IMG/VR virus record: IMGVR_UViG_3300020156_000445
Location: 1-53,512 of that record
Length of the DNA: 53,512 bases
Direction: 5' to 3' (one strand)
Source: a virus
Lineage: Duplodnaviria; Caudoviricetes
Under the pieces are notes generated by a model. The model was not told where the DNA came from, did not search any database, and saw only the letters and a program-made list of their open reading frames with translations. Shown here piece after piece: positions 35,731 to 44,550 of the stretch; positions within the stretch are counted from its first letter, which is position 1, and every line of letters begins with the position of its first letter. Position numbers and translations under genes: made by a program.

Positions 35731-37716
35731 ATGCAGCGTATCGATACGCCGACGCGCGTCGTCGGCCTGCACGGCGACGGTAAGGACGGCTTCACCGGGG
35801 GCGACCCCAACGCCGGGGTGCCGGCCACCGAGCTGTCGGCCGGCTGGTTCAATTCGATCCAAGAGACGGTGGCCCATCCCATCGAGGCGGCGGGAATGGC
35901 CTTGCAGCCGGGCGACCCCGGCCAGCTCACCCAGGCCATCCGGGCGCTGTCCTCGACCGCCCTGGTGCGGCAGCCCGCGAACGTCACCCCGGCGGCCGGA
36001 GCGACGGGGCAGGGCGAGACGCCGACGCTGACGGCCTCCGCCTACTACAGCCTGTACGGCGTGCCACAGGGCGCCGCTCGCTTCGAGCTGTCGCAAAGCG
36101 AAGCGTTCGACGTCATCCTGCACGCCCATACGGTGGCCGGGGCGGCGACCGCCTATACGGTCCCCTCCGGCGTCCTGGCGACCAACAGCGTTTATTTCTG
36201 GCGCGTGGCCTATCAGGATGCGGAGGGGCACTGGTCACTGCGCTCGGCCCCCACCGGCTTCACTACGGGATCGGTGTTCAGTTACGTCGCCCGCCCCTCC
36301 ATCACAGCGCCGGCCAACAACGCCAGCGGCGTCAGCACCACACCCACCATCACCTTCAGCGCTTTCGGCGTCGTTGGCGGCACCGACACGCACGAGGCGA
36401 CGCAGGTGCAGATCGCCACCGACGAGGCGTTCGCCTCCATCCTGCACGACAGCGGCGTGGCCGGTCAGCCCGCTGCCGCCTACACCGTGCCAGCGGGCGC
36501 CGCACTGCCGACGCTGTACATCCTGTTCGTCCGGGTGCGCCACAAGGCCGTGGGGCTGGGCTGGTCGCAGTGGTCGCCCGTGGTGCGCTTCCAGGTCCAG
36601 GCGCGGCCGGCGGCCCCCGTGATGATCGCCCCGGCGGCCGGGGCGGTGGGCGTCAGCCCGACGCCCACCCTGCAAAGCAGCGGCTTCACCGTGCCGGGCG
36701 GATCCGACGCGCACATTGCGTCGCAGTGGCAGATCGCCACCGACGCGGGCTTTACCACCATCGTCCACGACAGCGGCCAGGTGTCGGCGCTGACCGCCTA
36801 CAGCGTTCCGGCCGGAGCCGGCTTGGCGGCGCTGACCACCTACCGGGCGCGGGCGCGGCACTTCGGCGCCGCCACCGGCTGGGGCGACTGGTCTGCCGGC
36901 GTGGCGTGGACGACGGCATCTCCCAGCGGTGAGCAGGTCTACACCACGCCGGGTTCCCATACCTTCACCGTGCCGGGCGGCGTCACGTCGGTGTGCGTGG
37001 TGTGCGTGGGCGGCGGCGAGGGTGGCCAGGGCCACGGGGGCGCCGGTGGCGGGCTTGCGTGGAAGAACGACATCCCCGTCGTCGCCCTGAGCCAGATCAC
37101 CGTCACCGTGGGGGCGGGCGGGCTGAGCGGCAGCGCTCACACGAACGGCGGCACCAGCAGCTTTGGCGCCTACGTGTCCGCCACCGGCGGCCATGATGGC
37201 GTCGGCGGCGTGGCGGTTGGAGGGGACGGTGGTGGCGCTGGCGGAGCCGGCGGTGCCTATCAGCAAAGTGAGGCCAGCGCTTCCCAAGTCGGTGGGGGTG
37301 GCGGTGGTGCCGGCGGTTACACCGGCAACGGCGGGGCTGGCGGCGCCGGCAGCAATGTGGGCCTTGCTGGCCAAGCCGGCCAGGGCGGTGGCGGCGGCGG
37401 TGGTGCCGGTGGCACCGGCGGCGCCGGTTACGGCGCGCAGAACGGCGGCGGCGGCGGCGGCGTGGGCCTGTACGGCCAAGGCGTGTCCGGTGCCGGTGGC
37501 GCGGCCAGCTCGGCCATGGGCGGCAAAGGCGGCTCGGGCGGCGCGGACGGCAAACGCGGGGTGGACCAGTTTGGGACCAGCCCGAACGGCGGCAACTACG
37601 GCGGTGGTGCGGCCGGCGGGGGCGACGGGGCTTCCGGCGGCGGCGGTGCGGCCGGCGGGGGCGCCGTCCGCATCATCTGGGGTAGCGGACGATCCTTCCC
37701 GCTCAACGCCGCTTAA
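35731..37716 (+). CDS. Tail fibre: Mu-S-like anchor, three Fn3/Ig-like repeats, glycine-rich C-terminal domain
   Basis: MQRIDT..FTGGDP..WFNSIQE; three P..AP..GA.GVS.TPT..WS modules; FTVPGGVTSVCVVCVGGG..GAVRIIWG. Confidence 0.88.
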   Translation: MQRIDTPTRVVGLHGDGKDGFTGGDPNAGVPATELSAGWFNSIQETVAHPIEAAGMALQPGDPGQLTQAIRALSSTALVRQPANVTPAAGATGQGETPTLTASAYYSLYGVPQGAARFELSQSEAFDVILHAHTVAGAATAYTVPSGVLATNSVYFWRVAYQDAEGHWSLRSAPTGFTTGSVFSYVARPSITAPANNASGVSTTPTITFSAFGVVGGTDTHEATQVQIATDEAFASILHDSGVAGQPAAAYTVPAGAALPTLYILFVRVRHKAVGLGWSQWSPVVRFQVQARPAAPVMIAPAAGAVGVSPTPTLQSSGFTVPGGSDAHIASQWQIATDAGFTTIVHDSGQVSALTAYSVPAGAGLAALTTYRARARHFGAATGWGDWSAGVAWTTASPSGEQVYTTPGSHTFTVPGGVTSVCVVCVGGGEGGQGHGGAGGGLAWKNDIPVVALSQITVTVGAGGLSGSAHTNGGTSSFGAYVSATGGHDGVGGVAVGGDGGGAGGAGGAYQQSEASASQVGGGGGGAGGYTGNGGAGGAGSNVGLAGQAGQGGGGGGGAGGTGGAGYGAQNGGGGGGVGLYGQGVSGAGGAASSAMGGKGGSGGADGKRGVDQFGTSPNGGNYGGGAAGGGDGASGGGGAAGGGAVRIIWGSGRSFPLNAA

Positions 37717-37728
37717 GGAGACGCTTCC

Positions 37729-38346
37729 ATGTGGGCACGTATTGACGACGAAAACCGCTGCGCCGAGATCGTGACGGATGATCCGGAGGGACGGTTCCAC
37801 CCCTCCATCACATGGGTGCCGGTGCCGGCCGCCCTGGGAGGCTGGGCCGACAGCAGCTATGTCCGCGGCGCGGAGGGCACCGCGGTGCCGCCCTCCCTGG
37901 ACGCCATCAAGGCTCAAGCGAAGGCGCGCTTGGCGGCGCGGCGCTGGACGGCCGAAACGGCCGGGGCGCTCCTGCCGGACGGCACGCGCGTGCCAACCAG
38001 GGACCGCGACAAGACGCTGCTGGCGGGTGCCCGCGACAAGGCGCTGGAAGAGGTGGAGGAGGCCATCGCGGCGGCCCTGGCGGCGGGTGACAGCGCCGAG
38101 GACGGGCGGGCGGCCGGGCTGGCCAGGATGCACACGCTGGACGTGGGTGGGCGCCCGCTGACGGCGACCAACGAAATGTTCATCGCCATGGCCCGCGCCA
38201 TCGGTGCCCACGTCCAGGCCACCTTCGACAGGTGGGGCGTGGTCTGGCACGCCATCGACGCGGCCGAGACGTGGCAGGAGGTGGTGTCCGTCTACGCCGC
38301 AGAGATCGACCGCGGCTGGCCGGGCGATCCGCCCACGTCGGCCTGA
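37729..38346 (+). CDS. Tail fibre assembly-like protein (DUF4376-like)
   Basis: DPEGRFHPSITWVPVP, LAARRWTAETAG, HVQATF. Confidence 0.7.
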   Translation: MWARIDDENRCAEIVTDDPEGRFHPSITWVPVPAALGGWADSSYVRGAEGTAVPPSLDAIKAQAKARLAARRWTAETAGALLPDGTRVPTRDRDKTLLAGARDKALEEVEEAIAAALAAGDSAEDGRAAGLARMHTLDVGGRPLTATNEMFIAMARAIGAHVQATFDRWGVVWHAIDAAETWQEVVSVYAAEIDRGWPGDPPTSA

Positions 38347-38373
38347 CCCGCAGCCCATTGCCCCCAGCACCCC

Positions 38374-38394
38374 GGCCGCCGCGAGCGGCCTTTT
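38374..38394 (+). terminator. Hairpin plus T-run before lysis genes
   Basis: GGCCGC..GCGGCC TTTT. Confidence 0.5.
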
Positions 38395-38417
38395 CCATGC
38401 CCAACAGGAGGCCGTCC

Positions 38418-38888
38418 TTGGCTGATCTCACCCCCCACGCCGCCGACGGCGGCCTCTTATCGAGCGCCGTCACCCAGGTCGGTACCGCACTGGTCGGCGC
38501 AGGCGTGCTCTGGCGCCTGTTCGTTTCCTTCGGCCGGCAGGACCGGGCCGCCAAGATGGAAGCGGAGTTGCGCGAGGAGCTTCGCCAACGACTCGACCAG
38601 ACGCAGAGGGATCTCGACCGCATCGCGCATGAGCGCAACGAGGCGGTGCAGGTCAGGTTGCAGCTCGAAACGAAGCTCTCCATGACGGAGGAGCGCTTGG
38701 CCGCCACGAGGCAGGAGCGGGACGATGCCCGCACGGCGCTTGCGCGAATGCAGGGTGATGTGGAGCGGCTGGTGGCCGAGAACCACCGCCTCCATGAAGA
38801 CGCGGCAATCGCCGAAGCTCGCGGGGAGCCGGGGATTCGGCCGGCGCCGCGGCAAGTTCCGGGAGAGCGGCCATGGACCAGCCGGTGA
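38418..38888 (+). CDS. Membrane-anchored coiled-coil protein (holin/lysis accessory candidate)
   Basis: AGGAGG plus TTG start; one hydrophobic segment then coiled coil; upstream of endolysin. Confidence 0.65.
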   Translation: MADLTPHAADGGLLSSAVTQVGTALVGAGVLWRLFVSFGRQDRAAKMEAELREELRQRLDQTQRDLDRIAHERNEAVQVRLQLETKLSMTEERLAATRQERDDARTALARMQGDVERLVAENHRLHEDAAIAEARGEPGIRPAPRQVPGERPWTSR

Positions 38889-39043
38889 ATGCCCCAGGCC
38901 CTGACGAGGCCCGCGTCGCCCAGGCGCTGGCCGACTGCGGCGGCAACAAGGATGCCGCCCTCCTGCTGCTGGCGTTCCTGCTGCGCAACGCCCAGCAGGG
39001 CATGAGCGCCGGTATGCTGCGGCTGCCGTCGGCGCAACGCTGA
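38873..39043 (+). CDS. 56-aa hypothetical protein (MDQPVNAPG..ALADCGGNKDAALLLL..)
   Basis: GGAG RBS; overlaps previous stop; below ORF cutoff. Confidence 0.5.
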   Translation: MDQPVNAPGPDEARVAQALADCGGNKDAALLLLAFLLRNAQQGMSAGMLRLPSAQR

Positions 39044-39207
39044 GCCAGCTTGCCGCATGCCGACCAAGGAAGCGGCGGGCCGGTGATGAGCCGCCCGCCG
39101 CGCCGATGGGGCAAAGTGCAGAAATTCGCACCAGAAATGCTGCCCGCGCCTTAAGTCCGCCGCCACATCGCAGACGGATAGCAATCACACCATTCGGAGA
39201 CATCGAC

Positions 39208-39915
39208 ATGACGACCGCCTCCACCGGCGGCGCGCTGCGGCGCGTCTGTCAGCCTGCCGTTGCCCTCGTGAAGCACTTCGAGGGCCTGTACCGGGACGCC
39301 TATCGCTGCCCGGCCGGCGTGCCGACCATCGGCTACGGCCACACCGCGGGCGTGCGCATGGGCGACGTCATCCGCACGTCCGACGCCGAGCTGCTGCTGG
39401 AGCAGGATCTCACCCTCGCCGCCGCCCAGGTCGACAAGCTGGTGCGCGTGCCCGTGACCGACGAACAGCGCGGCGCACTGGCGTCCTTCACCTTCAACCT
39501 GGGCGCCGGCAGCTTGGCCGCCTCGACCCTGCTGAAGAAGCTGAACGCGGGCGACGTCGAGGGCGCGGCCGCCGAGTTCGGGAAGTGGGTCTATGCCAGC
39601 GTCGGCGGCTTGAAGAAGCAACTGCCGGGGCTGGTGGCGCGCCGTGCCGCCGAGGCCGCGCTGTTCCGCTCCGGTGCGGTCGCCGCCCAGGATCTGCCCG
39701 CCGGCCAGCACCACCCGCAGCCGCAGATGGGCGCCGCTCCCGACGGCGATGACGATGACCTCGTGCGCCGGGTGCAGCGCGTGGTCGGGGTGAAGGTCGA
39801 TGGCGTGTACGGGCCGGGGACGACGGCCGCGGTGCGTCGCTGGCAGGCTGCGCATGGGCTGGTGGCGGATGGTGTGGTCGGGCCGAAGACGGCGGCGAAG
39901 ATGGGGGTGGCGTGA
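39208..39915 (+). CDS. Endolysin: GH24 lysozyme plus C-terminal peptidoglycan-binding domain
   Basis: FEGL..AYRCPAGVPTIGYGHT, FNLG, GLVARRAAE; DGVYGPGT..WQAAHGLVADGVVGPKT. Confidence 0.95.
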   Translation: MTTASTGGALRRVCQPAVALVKHFEGLYRDAYRCPAGVPTIGYGHTAGVRMGDVIRTSDAELLLEQDLTLAAAQVDKLVRVPVTDEQRGALASFTFNLGAGSLAASTLLKKLNAGDVEGAAAEFGKWVYASVGGLKKQLPGLVARRAAEAALFRSGAVAAQDLPAGQHHPQPQMGAAPDGDDDDLVRRVQRVVGVKVDGVYGPGTTAAVRRWQAAHGLVADGVVGPKTAAKMGVA

Positions 39916-40226
39916 TGGACACCTCCGGCACGAGCGCCGAGCTCGACCGTGAGTTCCCGGTCCTGCTGTCCGACAGCGAGCGCCAGCGCCATCCCGATTG
40001 GCCGCGCGCCGTGCCGTGGTCGCTGCTCCAGCCGCACGAGCGGCAGGCCGACAGGAACCACGGACAAACGCTCAAGCGACTGGCGGAGCGCGGCGGTCTC
40101 TCCCCGGCAGAGATGGTGGCCGTGCTGGAGGACCGGCGCTGGCAGAGGATGGACCCGGAGGCGGCGGTAGCGCGGCTGAACGAGCTGGTGCGGCAGCACG
40201 CGGGCTGGGAGATGCGGAAAAAGTGA
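39912..40226 (+). CDS. Phage hypothetical protein
   Basis: HERQADRNHGQTLKRLAERGGLS motif; overlaps endolysin stop. Confidence 0.65.
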   Translation: MMDTSGTSAELDREFPVLLSDSERQRHPDWPRAVPWSLLQPHERQADRNHGQTLKRLAERGGLSPAEMVAVLEDRRWQRMDPEAAVARLNELVRQHAGWEMRKK

Positions 40227-40264
40227 CCATGACATGCCAAGCTAGCGCTGCGACTCGGTAGGCC

Positions 40265-40398
40265 TGTTTATAAGTCTGTGGATAACCACGGTATATATCT
40301 GTGGAAAATTTGCCACCCTACTTTTCGGGCGTGGCTAAATATTATGCAGGTTGCTCTCTGAGTTCGGAGTTATCCACTAAAGAGTGGAGTTATTCACA
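40265..40398. promoter_or_regulatory. DnaA-box cluster
   Basis: TGTGGATAA 40277, TGTGGAAAA 40300, TTATTCACA 40390 fit TTWTNCACA; one-mismatch boxes at 40265 and 40370. Confidence 0.7.
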
Positions 40399-40419
40399 GA
40401 ATTTCCAAAATGGTGTCGT

Positions 40420-40434
40420 GAACGTAGTGGGAAC
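40420..40434 (+). promoter_or_regulatory. Alphaproteobacterial LexA (SOS) box
   Basis: GAAC-GTAGTGG-GAAC = GAAC-N7-GAAC, intergenic upstream of the antirepressor-like gene. Confidence 0.65.
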
Positions 40435-40722
40435 AAAAATCGAGGATGCGAACCGCTTTGGCGGCGGTCGTGATCGGTGTACAATGAGGGCATGTTCGTG
40501 AGATGCGATGTGCCACGCCGGCTGAACCGGGCTCCCGCACTTCAAGTGTTTTGGTGCTGCTGCGCCGCTCATTCGCATGCGGCCACTCGTGTGTCGCGCG
40601 AACCGAAATCGGCCGATTCCGGCCGTAAGGTGGCGGCGGGGCGATACCTCCCCAGGCGCGTCCCCGCCGTCGCTTCCCTCGCTGGGCCTTCTCCCCGGGC
40701 CCAACTTGCCAACCCTCACTGA

Positions 40723-41565
40723 ATGAGAGTGAGAATGACCAAGCCCACTATGCCGCGCCGAGAATCCCGCGGCAACGATTCGATTGGCGCGAAGAAGAGT
40801 GCGCAGGTATGCGCTCAGGTTCGCATCGAGGCATTCGCCAACGACAATGAGCCCCGTGTGAGGGACGAGGAGTTGGCCCGCCGCCTCGGCTACGTGAGCG
40901 TGGACGCGTTCCGAAAGGTGATCCGGAAGCACATAAAAATCCTTAGCAAGATCAACCATCTAGCCAGACTGGACGAGATGGTGAATCGGTCGCAGGGTGG
41001 TGGCCGCAAGGCGGCTGTATACCTTCTAACCGAGGCGCAGGCGGTCTTTCTCATCGGTAAAGCCGGCACGGCTGACGCGGACGACGTTTTCGCCGAAATT
41101 GCCAAGGCGTTCGTCGAGTTTCGGCGCAAGGTGTTCCGCACCGACCTGTACGGCGCGATCATGCGGGATCTGCTGTTGCCCGCTCCGCGCACGTGGCAGC
41201 CGGAATACCCGGAGAGCTTCTGGGTGGTGCTGCACAAGGTCGGAGGATGGCAACGACCGCCGGGAAACAACCACTCGAACTGCGCCCACTTCATCAACGA
41301 GTTCATCTACAGCTACTTGCTGGGCGCGCTCGGGCTGAAGGCCTTGCAGGATATTAATCCGGCGAACGACGCAGGTGAACGAGCGCACCGCCACCACCAG
41401 TTTCTAAAAGAGAAGCATCTGGACCGTCTGCGGCAGCATATTGATACCGTCGAGCGGCTGCTGTCGAACTCGGCGTCAATTGGTCACTTCGCAGACCAGT
41501 TCGCTCGCTTCTTCAAAGTCCCCCACGCTCAGCTCGGCTTCCTATTCCAGGAGGAGGCCGCCTAA
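40723..41565 (+). CDS. Antirepressor-like protein: Rha-like N-domain plus P63C domain
   Basis: EPRVRDEELARRLG..GR..YLLTEAQA; WQPEYPESFW..GW..INEFIY..NP..RAHRHHQFL; exact start uncertain. Confidence 0.8.
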   Translation: MRVRMTKPTMPRRESRGNDSIGAKKSAQVCAQVRIEAFANDNEPRVRDEELARRLGYVSVDAFRKVIRKHIKILSKINHLARLDEMVNRSQGGGRKAAVYLLTEAQAVFLIGKAGTADADDVFAEIAKAFVEFRRKVFRTDLYGAIMRDLLLPAPRTWQPEYPESFWVVLHKVGGWQRPPGNNHSNCAHFINEFIYSYLLGALGLKALQDINPANDAGERAHRHHQFLKEKHLDRLRQHIDTVERLLSNSASIGHFADQFARFFKVPHAQLGFLFQEEAA

Positions 41566-41590
41566 CGGCAAGGGGCAGCAGCTTCAGTTC

Positions 41591-41623
41591 GAAGGCCCGC
41601 CCCACCGGCGGGCCTTCTGCTTT
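41591..41623 (+). terminator. Intrinsic terminator
   Basis: GAAGGCCCGCC-cacc-GGCGGGCCTTC followed by TGCTTT. Confidence 0.75.
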
Positions 41624-41879
41624 CCGGCACATGATCACGCGCTACACACTTCAAGCGCCCTGCGGCGCCGCAGTATTTTGTTGCGGTGCATGGCCAAACC
41701 CATACGGCGCTCGCTAATCGATTGCATTGATTGGCGGCGTTGCAAAGTTATTCAATGGACCTCGCAGTAAGATATTGATTGATCCGGCCTGCCTATGCTG
41801 CATTTTCATAACCAACCTCTTCAGGCAATGCTTGCTTGAGGAAGTTGGATGGTACCGTCTCATTAATGTGAGGATTGTG

Positions 41880-42074
41880 ATGTTTTACACGGTTGAGTAT
41901 GGCGATGGATCACGCAAGGTTCACGAAGTGGATCTTAATACGCGCGATGCTCTGGCGCGGTTTTATGCCTTGAAAGCAGCCGGAGCGGAAAAGGTCAGGA
42001 TCATCGACAAGCGAGGTGAACAGGTGGAGCCGCACTACCTGGATCTTGCCATCCGAGGCGTGCGCTTCGGCTGA
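41880..42074 (+). CDS. 64-aa hypothetical moron protein
   Basis: GAGG RBS; AT-richer upstream region. Confidence 0.55.
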   Translation: MFYTVEYGDGSRKVHEVDLNTRDALARFYALKAAGAEKVRIIDKRGEQVEPHYLDLAIRGVRFG

Positions 42075-42129
42075 GGCGGGCTGAGGCGGGGCGAAATGCG
42101 GCGGGTGCCTCCGGGGCGCCCTTCGCATT

Positions 42130-42351
42130 TCAGCCCTCTGCGTACCGCCAGTACGCCTCCACCAGCACCCGCAGCGCCGCCATCATCTCGGGCACCGGCC
42201 CGCCCTGCTGCCGCGCCCGCTCGCACCGCTCCTCGACCAGTTGGCATAGCCCGGCCACGCTCATCGCCTCCCGCCTCGCGGCGGCGTCCAGCTGGGCGCC
42301 CAGGTCCGGGTCGGAGGTGATGATCAGCGAGGCGGTGACGGTCGGGCTCAT
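42130..42351 (-). CDS. Ribbon-helix-helix-like (RHH_4) small protein
   Basis: LDAAARREAMSVAGLC..AALRVLVEAYWR pattern. Confidence 0.5.
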   Translation of the reverse strand: MSPTVTASLIITSDPDLGAQLDAAARREAMSVAGLCQLVEERCERARQQGGPVPEMMAALRVLVEAYWRYAEG

Positions 42352-42601
42352 GATGGTGCATCTGGCGGTGGAGCAGATGCGCAAGAAATGCGCGCGCATT
42401 TAGGTGTATGCAACGCGACGGAGTGACGCCACAACGGGGTATGGCTGCCGGCGGTGCGTGACCTGCACCGCAGGAGCCGGGCCAGAATTCTTGCGCCGTG
42501 ACGGGAACTACGCGTTCATCGCCGCCACAAATGGAGCGAGCGACGTAAGCGGTGGCGCTCCGCCGTTCGCGCCGCACCTGGAATGGATCACGGGGGTTCG
42601 A

Positions 42602-43036
42602 ATGATGTCTCGTCTCGTTCGCGCGGGAGTCCTGGCGGCCGGCTTGGCGGTGGCCGGCACGGCACCAGCCGCTGCGGTAGCGCCCTATTGCTACTTGGTT
42701 GGGCTCGACATCATGTGCTCGGTCCCTCCCGGTGCCGTTCTTAGTGTGGCCAAGGCGCAGCACAGCGTCCCCATGCCGGTCAGCGACGAAGCCACCGCGG
42801 AGGTCTGGGAATCGTCCGACCTCAACGGCTTGTGCAAGGCGGATGCGCCGCGCTCGGGCATGTCGCTGGTCGGCAGACAGGGGGTGGTCGAAGGCAGCCA
42901 GATCTTCGCGCCCAACGACAAATGCCTGGAGGTCTACATCAAGGAGTGCAACGGCATCAATCGGGCCTGCGGCTACTCGTTCAAGGTTGATGTCTACACC
43001 CGTGACGACTCGTCCTGCTGTGGGTTCGGTCGGTAG
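42602..43036 (+). CDS. Secreted cysteine-rich protein
   Basis: Signal peptide MMSRLVRAGVLAAGLAVAGTAPAAA; 8 Cys in mature part. Confidence 0.65.
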   Translation: MMSRLVRAGVLAAGLAVAGTAPAAAVAPYCYLVGLDIMCSVPPGAVLSVAKAQHSVPMPVSDEATAEVWESSDLNGLCKADAPRSGMSLVGRQGVVEGSQIFAPNDKCLEVYIKECNGINRACGYSFKVDVYTRDDSSCCGFGR

Positions 43037-43160
43037 GGTGCACCGGACGGGGCGGCGGCGCTGACGTAGACGGAGCGCTCCCGCCGCCCACACGATATCG
43101 GGTGCGATTGTCGGCTCCCCGCTCCGCGCCAAGCAAGAGAGGGAGCCATTCTTCCGATCG

Positions 43161-43409
43161 CTACGGGCAGATGAAGGTCACCCCCACTGCGGATTTGCCA
43201 TTGCCGTCGTTGACCGGGTATCGGACGGTCTGGATTTGTGACCCGGCATTTATCTCTCCCCTTTGATCGACACACACGGCGGTGGTCATGCCATAGCCGC
43301 TTTTCACTCCAACGAGGCCTCCCACGACGTTGATGTTGGCCAACGCCGCGACGGAACCGAACACCAGGACGCCAACGACGACGCCACCGGCAAAACTCTT
43401 CGCGCTCAT
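43161..43409 (-). CDS. Small secreted protein (82 aa, two Cys)
   Basis: GAGG RBS; signal peptide ending ALA. Confidence 0.6.
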   Translation of the reverse strand: MSAKSFAGGVVVGVLVFGSVAALANINVVGGLVGVKSGYGMTTAVCVDQRGEINAGSQIQTVRYPVNDGNGKSAVGVTFICP

Positions 43410-43584
43410 GTCAGAACCTCTGATTGGAAGACACACTCCGTTGGCTTGGTAACGGAAGAGACGCGAAGGTTCCAACCCGATCACTCCGTCTCGAACCCCC
43501 AAGGCTTGGCTGGCCAGATGGCCGACCGTCCCGAGATCCCGGCGGACGAACTGGGCTGAGCCGCCAGCCCACCAATCCATCCCT

Positions 43585-43615
43585 GGCCGCCCGGCGTCAG
43601 CCCGGCGGCCTTTTT
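43585..43615 (+). terminator. Hairpin plus T-run
   Basis: GGCCGC...GCGGCC TTTTT. Confidence 0.55.
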
Positions 43616-43655
43616 CGTGCCCGGCTTCCGGCCCGCACCAACACAGGAGACCGCC

Positions 43656-44294
43656 ATGGACCTGACCACCATCACGGCTTGGCTTTACACCAACGCCGAA
43701 AACCCGCTCCTCTGGGCCGTCACTTGCCTCGCCGTCTACGGCGTCCTCCCACACGTGGTCGCGCTCACCCCGACGCTGGCCGATGACAAGGCGCTGGGCA
43801 TCGCCACCCGTCTGCTGAACCTGCTGGTCGGCAACTACGGTGCCGCGCGCAACGGGGCAGCGCTGGCCGGCCGCGTGCTCGGCACCGGCGCTCCCGCCGG
43901 CGATCCTCCCGCCCCGGCGCGGCGCGGCCCGCCCCCGCCGCCGCCCATCAGCCTGGGCAGCATCGCCCTGGCGCTGGCCGTCGCCCTGCCGGTGCTGCTC
44001 ACCACCGCGTGCTCGTCCGTGCCGCTGACGCCCGCCGAGCAGGTGCAGATCGCCGAAGCCTCCTACGAGGTGTCCGCCGCCGCGGTCGACGCCTACTGCG
44101 CCCGGCCGGACGCCGACGCACAGACGAAGCTCGCCCTGCCCATCGCCAAGGACGCCGCCCGGAAGGCGCTGGACGCCGCCGGCCGGTCGGTGGTGGCCAG
44201 CGACCCGGCGGCATGGCCGGTGCTGCTGGCGGCCGGGCAGTCGGCAGCGGCCGGCCTTGCTGCCGAACTGGTCAAGGCCAGTGCCGAGCGCTGA
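43656..44294 (+). CDS. Holin-like membrane domain fused to an internal lipoprotein (spanin candidate)
   Basis: AGGAG RBS; hydrophobic segment plus ALTPTLADDK..LLNLLVGNYG; Pro linker; hydrophobic stretch ending LTTAC lipobox. Confidence 0.65.
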   Translation: MDLTTITAWLYTNAENPLLWAVTCLAVYGVLPHVVALTPTLADDKALGIATRLLNLLVGNYGAARNGAALAGRVLGTGAPAGDPPAPARRGPPPPPPISLGSIALALAVALPVLLTTACSSVPLTPAEQVQIAEASYEVSAAAVDAYCARPDADAQTKLALPIAKDAARKALDAAGRSVVASDPAAWPVLLAAGQSAAAGLAAELVKASAER

Positions 44295-44301
44295 ATGCGC
44301 G

Positions 44302-44550
44302 TCAAGCCTGGGCGGCGTTCCTCGCCTCCGCCGTCTGAACCTTCAGGTGTTCCACCCGCTCCATGATGGTCGATTCGTCCTCCAGCTTCACCCGGCGGCC
44401 GGACTTCGTTTCGAACGGCAGGATGGCGTTGATCAGCAACTTGCCCTCGTCGCCGTGCGCCCGGTACGCCTCGCAGACCGGCGGCGTCGCGGCTCCGGGG
44501 TCTCGGGCTGCGGCGTTGATGGTCTCGACGATCCTGGCAAACGTGCTCAT
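44302..44550 (-). CDS. Hypothetical protein
   Basis: Coupled to 44547..44891; AGGA RBS. Confidence 0.55.
   Translation of the reverse strand: MSTFARIVETINAAARDPGAATPPVCEAYRAHGDEGKLLINAILPFETKSGRRVKLEDESTIMERVEHLKVQTAEARNAAQA

Noticed and set aside
37010-37670. GGC-rich repeats as a DNA repeat element
   Set aside because: Explained by glycine codons of the tail fibre
33787-38346. Diversity-generating retroelement or invertible tail-fibre cassette
   Set aside because: No reverse transcriptase, invertase, TR/VR pair or flanking inverted repeats seen
14473-38346. Tailocin or gene transfer agent interpretation
   Set aside because: Integrase, att sites, replication genes, cos and a full head module indicate a genuine prophage
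15502-38370. Long minus-strand and off-frame ORFs (e.g. 15502..18087, 16071..17993, 23874..25820, 36235..38370)
   Set aside because: Shadow ORFs of high-GC phage genes; no motifs, and they overlap well-supported CDSs
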